In this document: in pieces, positions 26,498 through 36,237 of the stretch
Layout of the letters: each line of letters opens with the position of its first letter
Numbering within the stretch: position 1 is the stretch's first letter
NCBI GenBank assembly: GCA_003245695.1
Contig: QKCK01000214.1
Span: 1-40,095, forward strand
Origin: Bacteroidota bacterium
GTDB taxonomy: Bacteria; Bacteroidota; Bacteroidia; Bacteroidales; VadinHA17
DNA length: 40,095 nt
Direction: 5' to 3'
Notes under the pieces: model-generated
Databases searched by the model: none
What the model saw: only the letters and a program-made list of their open reading frames with translations
Told to the model about the DNA's origin: nothing
Made by a program: the position numbers and the translations under genes

Positions 26498-29400
26498 TCA
26501 GTTTTGTCCTCCTCCGCTACTATAATGCGATGTATATTCAGAAGCACTCATACCATATTCACGGTGAAAGCATTTTCTGAAATGAGAGAGGTCTTTAAAC
26601 CCTACTGCAAATGCTATTTCAGTTATGGTCAACTTTTTCTCAAGGAGTAACTGTGTAGCTCTCTTAAGCCTTATACTTCTCACAAATTCCTTCACTGTCA
26701 TATTTGTAAGAGCACTGAACTTTCTGTAAAGCTGCATCCTGCTTACTCCCGCCTCTATTGCAAAACTTTCTATATCAAAGTCCGGATTGGCAATGTTTTT
26801 TTCTACAACCTCCATCGCCTTTTGCAGAAAACGTTCATCAGGTGATGAAACTGAAACATCTGAGGGCCTGAGGATAAGCTCCCTTGTATATTTCTCTTTC
26901 AGAGCTGCCCGTACTGACAGCATATTTTCAATCTTTGTCTGTAAAATAGAGATATCAAACGGCTTGGTGACATAATCATCTGCTCCGCAGGAGAGACCCT
27001 CTATCTCATGTTCTTTTGAGTGCAGGGCAGTAAGAAGCAGTACCGGAATATGCGAGGTTCGTTCATCTTTTTTAACCCGCTTACAGAACTCATACCCATC
27101 AACATCAGGCATAAGTATGTCGCTTATGATAACATCCGGTATAATTTTAATAGCCAGATCCCATCCCTCTTTTCCGTTCTTGGCTTCAAAAATTGAGTAA
27201 ACATTATCAAAATGACTCCTGATAAAATACCTCACATCAGGATTATCCTCTACAATGAGCATTATACGGGCATCAGGTTTTTCATTAATCGATTCTGTAT
27301 CTATCTTCAGTGAGGAATCAGGATTTGAACCATCATCACAGCCCAGAGAACTCTCAGGCAAACCTGCTTCTGATTCAGTCTCAAAGGGAAGACGTACTGT
27401 GAACTTTGATCCTTTTTCGGGTTTGCTTATTACATATATAGTGCCTTTATGCAACTTCACAAGCTCCTTAACCAGGGAAAGGCCAATTCCTGTTCCGGAA
27501 CTCTCATTTTTAGGATCAATTCTGAAAAATCGTGTAAAGACCCTCTCAATATTGCTTTGAGATATTCCCCTTCCATTATCCTTTACTGATATCTCAATAA
27601 ACTGTCTCTCAGGCACATTACTCAGGGTATCCTCTTCCTCATTCGAAAAAACAAGGGATATATGAACAGAAACAGTCCCTCCTTCATCAGTGTATTTGAT
27701 AGCATTGGAGATAAGGTTATTAACTATAGTTTCAACCTTATCAGTGTCAAAAAGTGCCACTATCTTCTTTTTAAGAGAGTTAAACTTCAGGGTTATCTGT
27801 TTCTCCCTGGCATACTCATCAAAAGACTGGACGACATTTGAAACCAGGCTTACCATATCGCCTGTGGAAAGCTCGAGTTTCAGGTTACCGGTTTCAAGCT
27901 TTCTGAAATCAAGAAGCTGGTTTATAAGTCGGTCAAGCTGTTTTGTATTCCGGTAAACCATTGACAGATGTGATTTCACCTCATCGTCAGGGATCTTATT
28001 AGAAATGAGTTTTTCAAGAGGCCCCAGGATCAGTGTCAGAGGTGTCCTTATTTCATGTGAGATATTAGTAAAAAGCCTGAGTTTAAGCATATCAAGTTCA
28101 TGGAGGTGCCTGGCCTTGGTTCTTTCAGCAACAAGCTCATTCTTAATCATCTCCCTGTTTATAATGAATCGGATAAGTGCAAAAAAGATAGCCGCTACTA
28201 TAAGAATTATAATCAGCTTAAACCACCATGTCTTCCAGAATGGGGGAAGGATCGTTATCTTCAGTTGCAGCTCGTCATTCGTTGAAGTGTTTCCCGGCAA
28301 TATCATTTTTACTCTAAGGACATAGTCTCCGGGATTTAGGTTGGTGTATGTGGCACTGCGTGATGTCCCCGGTTCATTCCACTCCTTGTCAAAACCATCG
28401 AGATAATATAAATAAAGTATACTGGCACTGTTTATAAAATCAAGGGCAGCAAACTGAAGTGTTATTACATTCTGGTCATATCTCAGAATGAGCTGGTAAG
28501 ATTCTGAGATGCTCTTAACAAGTACTGCATCCTTGCCATCAGTGATAGGCACAGGCTTATTAAACAAACGGAGTTCAGTGAAGACAAGCGGGACATCGGA
28601 TTCTTCAGAAATAATTTCATCCGGATCGAAGATATTAAAGCCTGATATACCTCCAAATATAAGCTCTCCCGACCTGGCTTTATATGCAGCTCCATAAGTA
28701 AACTGGTCATTTCGCAACCCGTCATTACTTGTGAAGTTTCTGAACTGGTCTGTTGACGGATTATATTTTGACAGACCCCGTGAAGTGCTTATCCAGAGAT
28801 TCTTTTTGTTATCCTCAAGGATACTTAGTGCCTGGTTGTTTGCAAGTCCTTCACGCTCTGTCAGGTATCGCCTTGCGCCCTGGGTTTTTGAATAGAGAGC
28901 TATGCCCCTGTCAATTGTCGCAATCCAGTATCGCTTCTCTGAGTCTTCCAGAAACCAACGTGAGTGTTCATCAAAGCGTGTAATATTCTCTGTATCCAGA
29001 TCGTAAATAACAACATCATCTATTGTCCCCATCCAGAGGTTATTCTCCGAATCAATTTCTATCCAGTTGACCTGTTTATCCTGTGAGAGCTGAGGGTAAT
29101 GTCTGAAAACACCTGTTTCCGGATCAAGTCTGTCAAGACCTGCAGAAGTGCCAACCCATATACCACCATCGCCATCACGCTTAATGGCCCAAACCCTGTT
29201 GTCAGATAAAGTGGAAGGATCATCAGGTGAATGTTTATAATGAGTAAATCTTCCCGTCTTCATGTTAAGAACATCTATTCCTCCCCAGAAGGTCCCTATC
29301 CAGAGATTGCCTTCTCCATCATCAAGAAATGCCTTGACACAATCCTGTGAGATGGAGCTTACTTTATCATCACTGGCGGTCATATATTCAAACGTACCGG

Positions 29401-30595
29401 TCTCCTGATTGTAAATGTTAATTCCTCCATCCTCTGTCCCAATCCATATCCTGTCGCGGTTGTCCATCCAGAATGTGTAGATAATGCTGCTGTTAAGAAA
29501 GTGATTATCATTTGGCAGGGCGCTGAAGTTACGAAATACCTGTTTGCTCTTTGCCAGCAGGTTTAAGCCTCCACGCGTTCCTATCCATGTCTCACCTCTG
29601 GCGTCATGAAAAATGTCAAGGACTGAGTTATTTGCAAGACTGTGATTATCCCTGTCATCGTGTCTGAAGAAACCCTTTACTCCCTTGCTCTTTGAATAGA
29701 TATATAGTCCACCCCTGGTACCAATCCAATAATCACCGAGGATACCTTTTGAGATTGCCCTGATGGTTTCTGTCCTATCATAATAGGGTCCCAGGTCGAC
29801 TGATTCAGCCTTCCTCGTCTCAGGGTCAATAATAATCAATCCATTGGAGTAGGTCCCAATCCACAACCTACCGTCATCATCCTTTAATATTTCAAATACC
29901 TCACGCGATTGTTGCTTTTTCAGAGGCAATGCTATCTCCTCCATGCTGTCTTCATCAGGATCATATAGAAAGAGACCCTGGGTGGTACCTATCCAAAGGT
30001 GACCTGAATCATCGAATTTTAAGATACGGATAAAACTACCTGTAAAACCTGTCACTTCAGCTCCGGAGGGGTTTACTTTTCTGAGATGACCCTCAGCGTC
30101 AATAATTAACAGGTTGCGGTCAGTCCCCAGATAAAGATTTCCCTTGTCATCCTCAGCTATAGTATTAACCGAAATCTCTTTGGATCTGAACTCAGGATGG
30201 TTTTTAAAAGGATGTCTGAAGCGTTCCTTCTCTCTGTCAAAAACATTAAGACCACCATTTTCTGTTCCTATCAGTAGGTTCCCCCGGCTGTCTTCAAAGA
30301 TTACTCTGACAAGATTTCCTGACAAGCTCGTTGTATCATCAGCCACCGGGTAAAAATTAACAAACCTGTAGCCGTCAAAACGACTGAGACCCTGGCTTGT
30401 ACCGAGCCAGATCCATCCTTTCCTGTCTTGTGAGATACACTGTATCTGATTATTGGGTAGACCATCAGCCTGTGTGAAGTAATCAAAACTAAGGGGATTG
30501 TTTCCGCCATCAGCAAAGACAGGTGATCCTGTGAAAGTGATGACAAAATATATCAGAATGATCACAAAAATTCTATAACAATATTCTCTTTTCAT
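26498..30595 (-). CDS. Hybrid two-component system sensor kinase/response regulator with AraC-type HTH (HTCS)
   Basis: 1365 aa. It has a signal/TM, periplasmic beta-propeller repeats (WIGT…GL motifs repeated many times) and a Y_Y_Y-like segment, then a TM. These are followed by the H-box HEIRTPLTLI, the HATPase motifs (DNGRGI, GTGIGL), a receiver domain (DVIISDILMPDVDG) and a C-terminal AraC HTH (GFKDLSHFRKCFHREYG). Confidence 0.92.
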   Translation of the reverse strand: MKREYCYRIFVIILIYFVITFTGSPVFADGGNNPLSFDYFTQADGLPNNQIQCISQDRKGWIWLGTSQGLSRFDGYRFVNFYPVADDTTSLSGNLVRVIFEDSRGNLLIGTENGGLNVFDREKERFRHPFKNHPEFRSKEISVNTIAEDDKGNLYLGTDRNLLIIDAEGHLRKVNPSGAEVTGFTGSFIRILKFDDSGHLWIGTTQGLFLYDPDEDSMEEIALPLKKQQSREVFEILKDDDGRLWIGTYSNGLIIIDPETRKAESVDLGPYYDRTETIRAISKGILGDYWIGTRGGLYIYSKSKGVKGFFRHDDRDNHSLANNSVLDIFHDARGETWIGTRGGLNLLAKSKQVFRNFSALPNDNHFLNSSIIYTFWMDNRDRIWIGTEDGGINIYNQETGTFEYMTASDDKVSSISQDCVKAFLDDGEGNLWIGTFWGGIDVLNMKTGRFTHYKHSPDDPSTLSDNRVWAIKRDGDGGIWVGTSAGLDRLDPETGVFRHYPQLSQDKQVNWIEIDSENNLWMGTIDDVVIYDLDTENITRFDEHSRWFLEDSEKRYWIATIDRGIALYSKTQGARRYLTEREGLANNQALSILEDNKKNLWISTSRGLSKYNPSTDQFRNFTSNDGLRNDQFTYGAAYKARSGELIFGGISGFNIFDPDEIISEESDVPLVFTELRLFNKPVPITDGKDAVLVKSISESYQLILRYDQNVITLQFAALDFINSASILYLYYLDGFDKEWNEPGTSRSATYTNLNPGDYVLRVKMILPGNTSTNDELQLKITILPPFWKTWWFKLIIILIVAAIFFALIRFIINREMIKNELVAERTKARHLHELDMLKLRLFTNISHEIRTPLTLILGPLEKLISNKIPDDEVKSHLSMVYRNTKQLDRLINQLLDFRKLETGNLKLELSTGDMVSLVSNVVQSFDEYAREKQITLKFNSLKKKIVALFDTDKVETIVNNLISNAIKYTDEGGTVSVHISLVFSNEEEDTLSNVPERQFIEISVKDNGRGISQSNIERVFTRFFRIDPKNESSGTGIGLSLVKELVKLHKGTIYVISKPEKGSKFTVRLPFETESEAGLPESSLGCDDGSNPDSSLKIDTESINEKPDARIMLIVEDNPDVRYFIRSHFDNVYSIFEAKNGKEGWDLAIKIIPDVIISDILMPDVDGYEFCKRVKKDERTSHIPVLLLTALHSKEHEIEGLSCGADDYVTKPFDISILQTKIENMLSVRAALKEKYTRELILRPSDVSVSSPDERFLQKAMEVVEKNIANPDFDIESFAIEAGVSRMQLYRKFSALTNMTVKEFVRSIRLKRATQLLLEKKLTITEIAFAVGFKDLSHFRKCFHREYGMSASEYTSHYSSGGGQN

Positions 30596-30800
30596 TTTTC
30601 AGCCTTTGCATGTGCTCCTGCCTGATTTTGATTACAGTCTGTATCAGGTAAAAGCATCTCTAAAAATAGTTTTTTTTACTTTATTTTCAAATACATATAA
30701 GTTTATACCGTATATAGGCCCCTTGTCTGCAGCAGATAGTTTTCTGGCGTATTATTGCTAACTTAGGAGCTTAAGCTGACAACTAACTCTGTTTCGGAAA

Positions 30801-33800
30801 ATGAGTGAGGAAATCCTTAAAGCGCTGATGGAGCTTTTTGCCCTGATAGTAAAGCAGGATAAGGGTATGCTTACCGGTGAAAAGGAATATGTATATGCAT
30901 TTCTTTCCAGGCAGCTTCCGGTAAAAAGCGTGGATAAATACATGCAGCTCTTTCTTGAAAACAGTTGTCAGGTAGAAATATCCGATAATGAAGTAGACGA
31001 GACAAAACCATCAGCAAGGGATTCCATAAGGATATTAAGTATCTGTAACACAATAAACCAAACCATTACACAGGAGCAGAAGGTTATTGTCCTTGCACGA
31101 TGTTTTGAGCTGATCAACTCTGAAAAGCAATATACTCCTCAGAGAATGAATGTTATAACCACAATCTCTGAGGTATTCCGGATTCCGCCAGAGGAGTTCA
31201 ATAATATCTGGCAGTTTGTCAGGGAAGAAGATAGAAATGGCTTTGAGAACAGGTCAATAAAGGTCTTCGCAACAGGCCACCAACTGATAAGAGGAGCCGA
31301 GAGGCAGGAGTCATTCATTGCTGTACTGAAGACAGATAGTGTAAGTCTGTTCTTTATCAGGTCATTCTCAGGTGGCAATACGCTGCTTAACAGTAACAGC
31401 ATGAAGGATGGAAGAGTATATACCTTTGCCCCGGGTAGCCTGGTCGTTAGTCCTCCCGACACGGTATTCTATTTTAGTGATATTGTGTCCATGTTCAAGG
31501 AGGAGGAGTGTCTTAACAAACTGTCATTTGTTGCTGATCATATTGACTACTCATTCTCTGACGGCACGAAGGCAATAGCAGATTTCTCCTTCTTTGCTGA
31601 TCAGGGAAAAACAGTGGGCATCCTTGGCACAAGCGGATCAGGGAAGACAACACTTATAAACCTTTTATGCGGAGTTTTAAAACCTGATTCAGGCGACGTA
31701 AGAATAAACGGTCATTCGATTTATTCTGATGACAAGGCTCTTGATGGCGTTATCGGGTATGTACCACAGGATGATCTTCTGATTGAGGAACTGACTGTAT
31801 TTGAAAATCTTTACTATGCCACGGCTTTCTGCTATGGAGATAGAAGCCGTAGCGAGATTTCCGGGACCGTGGAGCAAATACTGCGGACCCTGGGACTGTA
31901 TGATAAACGAGATCTGAAGGTTGGCTCTGTTCTTAACAAGGTTATCAGCGGAGGGCAGCGTAAAAGGCTCAACATAGCTCTTGAGCTGGTAAGGGAGCCT
32001 TCCGTTCTCTTCCTCGACGAGCCAACATCAGGACTCTCCTCGCGTGACTCAGAGAATGTGATGGGATTAATGCATGAACTTGCTCGCAGAGGAAAGTTGA
32101 TTATCATTGTAGTACACCAACCCTCTTCAGACATCTTTAAAAGCTTTGATCAGGTCATCATCCTCGATCAGGAGGGAGAAATGGCATTCTCCGGCAATCC
32201 GATTGAATCCGTAATTCACTTTAAAACGCTTGATTCACAGGTAAACAGTGAGGCAGGAGAATGTCCGGCCTGCGGTACCGTCAATCCTGAGATAATATTT
32301 AATATCATTGAAAACAGGGTGATTGATGAGTATGGGAATTATACTGACAAGAGGAGAATTTCGCCTCATGAATGGTCAGAAGCCTTCAGAAACAGATATC
32401 CTTTTTCAGAACCGGAAGAAGAAAGTACAACACCATACTCTACTCTCAGACGTCCAACAGTTATAGAACAACTTTTAATCTACCTGAGTCGTGATATAAA
32501 GAGCAAACTTGCCAACAGGCAATATATGCTTCTTACTTTCCTTGAGGCTCCGCTATTGGGTCTTATTCTCTCATACATAATAAGATATATTGCAGAGCCC
32601 TCCTCTTCAAGATATATTTTCAGTGAAAATGAGAATATCCCTGTTTACATATTCATGTCTATTATTGTCGCTCTTTTTCTTGGACTTACCATAAGTGCTG
32701 AAGAGATTTTCCGTGACAGGAAAATCCTGCTTCGGGAGCGATTTCTGAATCTGAACAGAGGCTCGTATCTCTTTTCAAAGGTTTTGGTTCTTGTAATGAT
32801 ATCAGCCATTCAATCGTTTCTTTTTCTCGCAGTAGCGAACCCAATTCTTGGCATCAGAGGTCTGTTCGGATCATACTGGATAACACTCTTTGTCACAAGC
32901 CTCTGCGCTAACATGATAGGGTTGAATATCTCATCAGCACTTAACTCTGTAGTAACTATTTACATTGTCATTCCCCTATTGATGATACCAATGATGGTTC
33001 TTAGCGGAGCAATGTTCCCTTTTGACAAACTGAACAGAACCATTGGAAACATCGATAAGGTACCTGTCATTGCTGAATTAATCCCAACAAGGTGGACATA
33101 TGAAGCTTTGCTGGTTAGACAGGCAACAGGAAATGAATATGACAGAAAGATTTATACATTAAAAAAGGAGATCAGTGTTTGCGACTTCAATACTGTTTAC
33201 AGGATTCCCCGGCTGATTGATGCGGTTGATAAATGCTTGTCTGAAAGCATTTCTGATAGCCTGAAAGCAGACGACAATCAATTAAAGCTCATCAGGAATG
33301 AGATTCTCTGGATGACTTCGGTAAATCTATCCGGCCCCTTTCCTGCTACTGACTCACTGGCTAAAGAGCTTTTCACTCCCGAACTGGGTGTAAGGGTCAG
33401 ACGCTTCCTTGACAAGACCAGAGAGAGACTTACTGAAAAGGGTAATATTGCAGACAACACCCTCGACCGATACATATATGATAACCGTGAGACTCTGATG
33501 TATTTTTATGAAAGATATCATAATGAAAAGCTTGAGGAGATTGTAAGAAAGGTTTATGAGAAGAATAAAATTCTGGAATATGACAACAGACTTGTCCAGA
33601 ATATTGATCCCATTTATCAGGATCCATCACCGTCAGGTCTGTTAGGATTCAGGTGTCACTTTATTTCACCCGTAAAAAATATCTTCGGAAAGAAAATTGA
33701 TACATTTGTTTTCAACAATCTGCTGGTACTTTTTTCAGTATTTATATTATACATTTTACTTCATTATCAGGCACTTCAGAAAATAATTAATTTCTTTGAA

Positions 33801-33824
33801 AAAGAAAGGATTCAAAAGAGATGA
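30801..33824 (+). CDS. ABCG-type (ABC-2) half-transporter with N-terminal TerB-like and FHA-like modules and a C-terminal extension
   Basis: Walker A GTSGSGKTT, signature VISGGQRKRL, Walker B LFLDEPTSGL and the ABCG hallmark VHQPSS. Six ABC-2-type TM helices span aa about 575-775, then a helical region of about 190 aa and a 7th TM. The N-terminal 145 aa show the two-repeat amphipathic pattern of TerB-like domains. Residues about 150-245 look like a degenerate FHA domain. Confidence 0.8.
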   Translation: MSEEILKALMELFALIVKQDKGMLTGEKEYVYAFLSRQLPVKSVDKYMQLFLENSCQVEISDNEVDETKPSARDSIRILSICNTINQTITQEQKVIVLARCFELINSEKQYTPQRMNVITTISEVFRIPPEEFNNIWQFVREEDRNGFENRSIKVFATGHQLIRGAERQESFIAVLKTDSVSLFFIRSFSGGNTLLNSNSMKDGRVYTFAPGSLVVSPPDTVFYFSDIVSMFKEEECLNKLSFVADHIDYSFSDGTKAIADFSFFADQGKTVGILGTSGSGKTTLINLLCGVLKPDSGDVRINGHSIYSDDKALDGVIGYVPQDDLLIEELTVFENLYYATAFCYGDRSRSEISGTVEQILRTLGLYDKRDLKVGSVLNKVISGGQRKRLNIALELVREPSVLFLDEPTSGLSSRDSENVMGLMHELARRGKLIIIVVHQPSSDIFKSFDQVIILDQEGEMAFSGNPIESVIHFKTLDSQVNSEAGECPACGTVNPEIIFNIIENRVIDEYGNYTDKRRISPHEWSEAFRNRYPFSEPEEESTTPYSTLRRPTVIEQLLIYLSRDIKSKLANRQYMLLTFLEAPLLGLILSYIIRYIAEPSSSRYIFSENENIPVYIFMSIIVALFLGLTISAEEIFRDRKILLRERFLNLNRGSYLFSKVLVLVMISAIQSFLFLAVANPILGIRGLFGSYWITLFVTSLCANMIGLNISSALNSVVTIYIVIPLLMIPMMVLSGAMFPFDKLNRTIGNIDKVPVIAELIPTRWTYEALLVRQATGNEYDRKIYTLKKEISVCDFNTVYRIPRLIDAVDKCLSESISDSLKADDNQLKLIRNEILWMTSVNLSGPFPATDSLAKELFTPELGVRVRRFLDKTRERLTEKGNIADNTLDRYIYDNRETLMYFYERYHNEKLEEIVRKVYEKNKILEYDNRLVQNIDPIYQDPSPSGLLGFRCHFISPVKNIFGKKIDTFVFNNLLVLFSVFILYILLHYQALQKIINFFEKERIQKR

Positions 33825-34795
33825 AATTTGATAGTATTAAGCATTTTTTTTACATTTGCGTATTAACACCCAACCTGATGACAGGAAAAATTGCCAGGCT
33901 TGCATTATTGTTTCTGCTTATATCTGTTTGCTCATGTAAGGTGAACAACAGAAAGCAGGCTGAATTATTATTCCCGGTAATTGATTCTGCCACAATAGCT
34001 GAATCAGAAAAGCTAAGTAAGGAAGCGATTGCAGACATAGTACAGAATGTTGCATCACCTGTTGAGATCGCAGCGATGCTACAATCATTGTCTGTTCCAT
34101 TTTCAGCTGATTATCTTGGTTCAACGAAGGGTGTGGAACAGTTAAGCACCAATTTTCAGAAAGCCACTATGCTGGGGATATATGGTGCTGATCTTGGCTA
34201 TCTCAATATTTATGAAAAAACAGGTAATTCTATTGAGGTAGTGTCATCCATCAAACAACTGGCAGATGGATTACGTGTCGGGCAGTTCTTTGATTACGAG
34301 ACTATCAAACGGTTATCGCTGAACAAGACAGATATTGATTCATTACTATATCTTTCTGTTAGTTCTTATAACAAAATTGATGAGTATCTGAGAACAAATG
34401 ACAGAGGCTCACTCTCAGCCCTTATGATCTCCGGGGTGTGGCTTGAAGGACAATACATAGCCACACAGGTTGTCACCAGTTTCCCGGAAAAGAAGTTAAA
34501 GGACAGGATTGGGGAGCAGAAGATAATACTAAATGATCTGCTGATGTTACTGAGGCCATATAAAGGCACATCACCGGAATACAGTAACTTGTATGCGTTG
34601 ATGGAACAGATGAGCAATCTTTATCGTGATGTAAAGGTTACATACAGGATTGCAGAACCGCAGACATTAGAGAAAGATGACAGACTGGTACTCATACAGA
34701 AAGAGGAGAGTGTTGTAGAAATGAGCGATGATGAGCTCAGAAAGATTGTTGGATTAACGATGGAAATAAGAAATAAACTAATCTCGGGAGAATAA
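33821..34795 (+). CDS. Hypothetical lipoprotein, mostly alpha-helical
   Basis: The ATG at 33821 overlaps the ABC stop (ATGA). An alternative ATG at 33878 gives the cleaner lipoprotein signal MTGKIARLALLFLLISVCSC. No family recognised. Confidence 0.6.
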   Translation: MKFDSIKHFFYICVLTPNLMTGKIARLALLFLLISVCSCKVNNRKQAELLFPVIDSATIAESEKLSKEAIADIVQNVASPVEIAAMLQSLSVPFSADYLGSTKGVEQLSTNFQKATMLGIYGADLGYLNIYEKTGNSIEVVSSIKQLADGLRVGQFFDYETIKRLSLNKTDIDSLLYLSVSSYNKIDEYLRTNDRGSLSALMISGVWLEGQYIATQVVTSFPEKKLKDRIGEQKIILNDLLMLLRPYKGTSPEYSNLYALMEQMSNLYRDVKVTYRIAEPQTLEKDDRLVLIQKEESVVEMSDDELRKIVGLTMEIRNKLISGE

Positions 34796-34796
34796 T

Positions 34797-35237
34797 ATGA
34801 AGTGTAGGATTTTAATACTTGTGTTGGCCCTAGTTGCTCTTCCCCTGACGAGCAAAGGCCAGGCTGCAACTGATGAGCTTGTCAGCAAATGCGCCCTAAC
34901 AGCTGGTGATAACACAGCTTATCTTAAAGACTTCAGGGTACAACTACCGAAGGCAACAGCTGATGCTGCCGCACCTGTCTATAAGGCAAACATGTACCTT
35001 ATGAAAAACATGAAGTACAGGTTTTCACTTTGTAACTCTGCCGAATTCAAGGGTGAACTGATTGTTACGATATATGACGCAGACAAAGAGCTGATATCCT
35101 CATTCAATAAGAGTACAGGGAAGCAATACAGCTCAATTGATTTTTTCTGCAACAAGACAGGCCTTTACACTCTGTGGTTTGCATTCAGTAATGGAGAGCA
35201 GGGATCAGGTGTAAGTGTTGTCTCCATGATTAAGTAA
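34797..35237 (+). CDS. Hypothetical small secreted protein
   Basis: 146 aa with signal peptide MKCRILILVLALVALPLTSKGQA. It starts 1 nt after the preceding stop. The composition is beta-rich. No family recognised. Confidence 0.6.
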   Translation: MKCRILILVLALVALPLTSKGQAATDELVSKCALTAGDNTAYLKDFRVQLPKATADAAAPVYKANMYLMKNMKYRFSLCNSAEFKGELIVTIYDADKELISSFNKSTGKQYSSIDFFCNKTGLYTLWFAFSNGEQGSGVSVVSMIK

Positions 35238-35242
35238 CTGAT

Positions 35243-36229
35243 TTATTGCCAGATTCTGGCAATGATAATCATTACTATCAGTAGGGAAAACATTATTTCA
35301 GGGATCAGAAGTTTACGGGCGAATACGTAATAGTTTGATATTACAAATGCTGAAGGTATAGCTGCTATTGCCATTATCTCAACAGAAGCAGAGGGAACGG
35401 CAAAATAGACGGCGACAGAGATAGCCAGTAACCAGAGTATCATAAAAAAGGTCTTCCGCGATTTCACTTTTTTTGTTGGCATGTCTGTCATCACTGAATA
35501 AAGGCCTGCAATAAGGTTAAAAATCAGTATAACCATCAGTATCACAGCTGTCCGGCTCCAGACAAAAGCCGGGGCCTCCTCAAAGAGGTTGTTAATTATC
35601 AATACATTCAGGTCAATGATATCTCTGTTGGTAAGATACCATATAGCATACAGGAATGCATATGGCAACAGAGCTCCGGCAATTGCAATGGTTATCTCTC
35701 TCAGATCAGGAGACCGGAGTAGCAATAAACCAACAAATACCAGCAAGAGAAACCATATAGCATTCGCATAAAAAAGGCTTGCTGTTGAAATAAGCAGTGC
35801 CGCATCAAAAAAATTATATGCCACACCGCTTTGTCTGTACGATGCGACCATCCGCCATAAAGCCGCAAGAATCAGTATTGTTGCAGGCAGAGCAGCATTA
35901 TAAACCATCGCTCCGGGAAAGATAGAATAAAGGAGAACAAACATTATTCCCGGGAAAAAAGTCCTGTGATTAATAAAGAATTCTGAAATATTGAACCTGA
36001 TAAGAAGCATTGCTATCAGTATCATAAGTATAAAAGAGACGATAACCTGTACTTTGTATGACTTTATCATAACTGACAAGACAATATTCCACAATGGCAT
36101 TGCTTCAGTTACAGACGATGAGCTAACTGTTACAGGATTAAAATAGGCTGATGCCCAAAGGGCAGCACCTGCTAATAAGATCAGAATAAAGAGGCCGGTA
36201 CCGGCACCCCTGAAAAGCCTGACAAACAT
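35243..36229 (-). CDS. Polytopic integral membrane protein of unknown function
   Basis: 328 aa, hydrophobic almost throughout, with about 9-10 predicted helices. It starts 8 nt downstream of the purD stop, so it is probably co-transcribed. Confidence 0.65.
   Translation of the reverse strand: MFVRLFRGAGTGLFILILLAGAALWASAYFNPVTVSSSSVTEAMPLWNIVLSVMIKSYKVQVIVSFILMILIAMLLIRFNISEFFINHRTFFPGIMFVLLYSIFPGAMVYNAALPATILILAALWRMVASYRQSGVAYNFFDAALLISTASLFYANAIWFLLLVFVGLLLLRSPDLREITIAIAGALLPYAFLYAIWYLTNRDIIDLNVLIINNLFEEAPAFVWSRTAVILMVILIFNLIAGLYSVMTDMPTKKVKSRKTFFMILWLLAISVAVYFAVPSASVEIMAIAAIPSAFVISNYYVFARKLLIPEIMFSLLIVMIIIARIWQ
35245..35263. terminator. Hairpin at the junction of convergent genes
   Basis: ATTGCCAG-ATT-CTGGCAAT has an 8-bp perfect stem. 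It overlaps the last codons and stop of the minus-strand membrane gene and lies 8 nt after the plus-strand stop. No U-run on either side. Confidence 0.3.
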
Positions 36230-36237
36230 TTTATTAA

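Noticed and set aside
26468-26650. 60-aa plus-strand ORF at the HTCS 3' end, and a 61-aa minus-strand ORF at 30758-30943 over the ABC gene start
   Set aside because: Both are antisense to strongly supported genes (the AraC HTH region and the TerB-like N-terminus). They are short and have no features of real genes.
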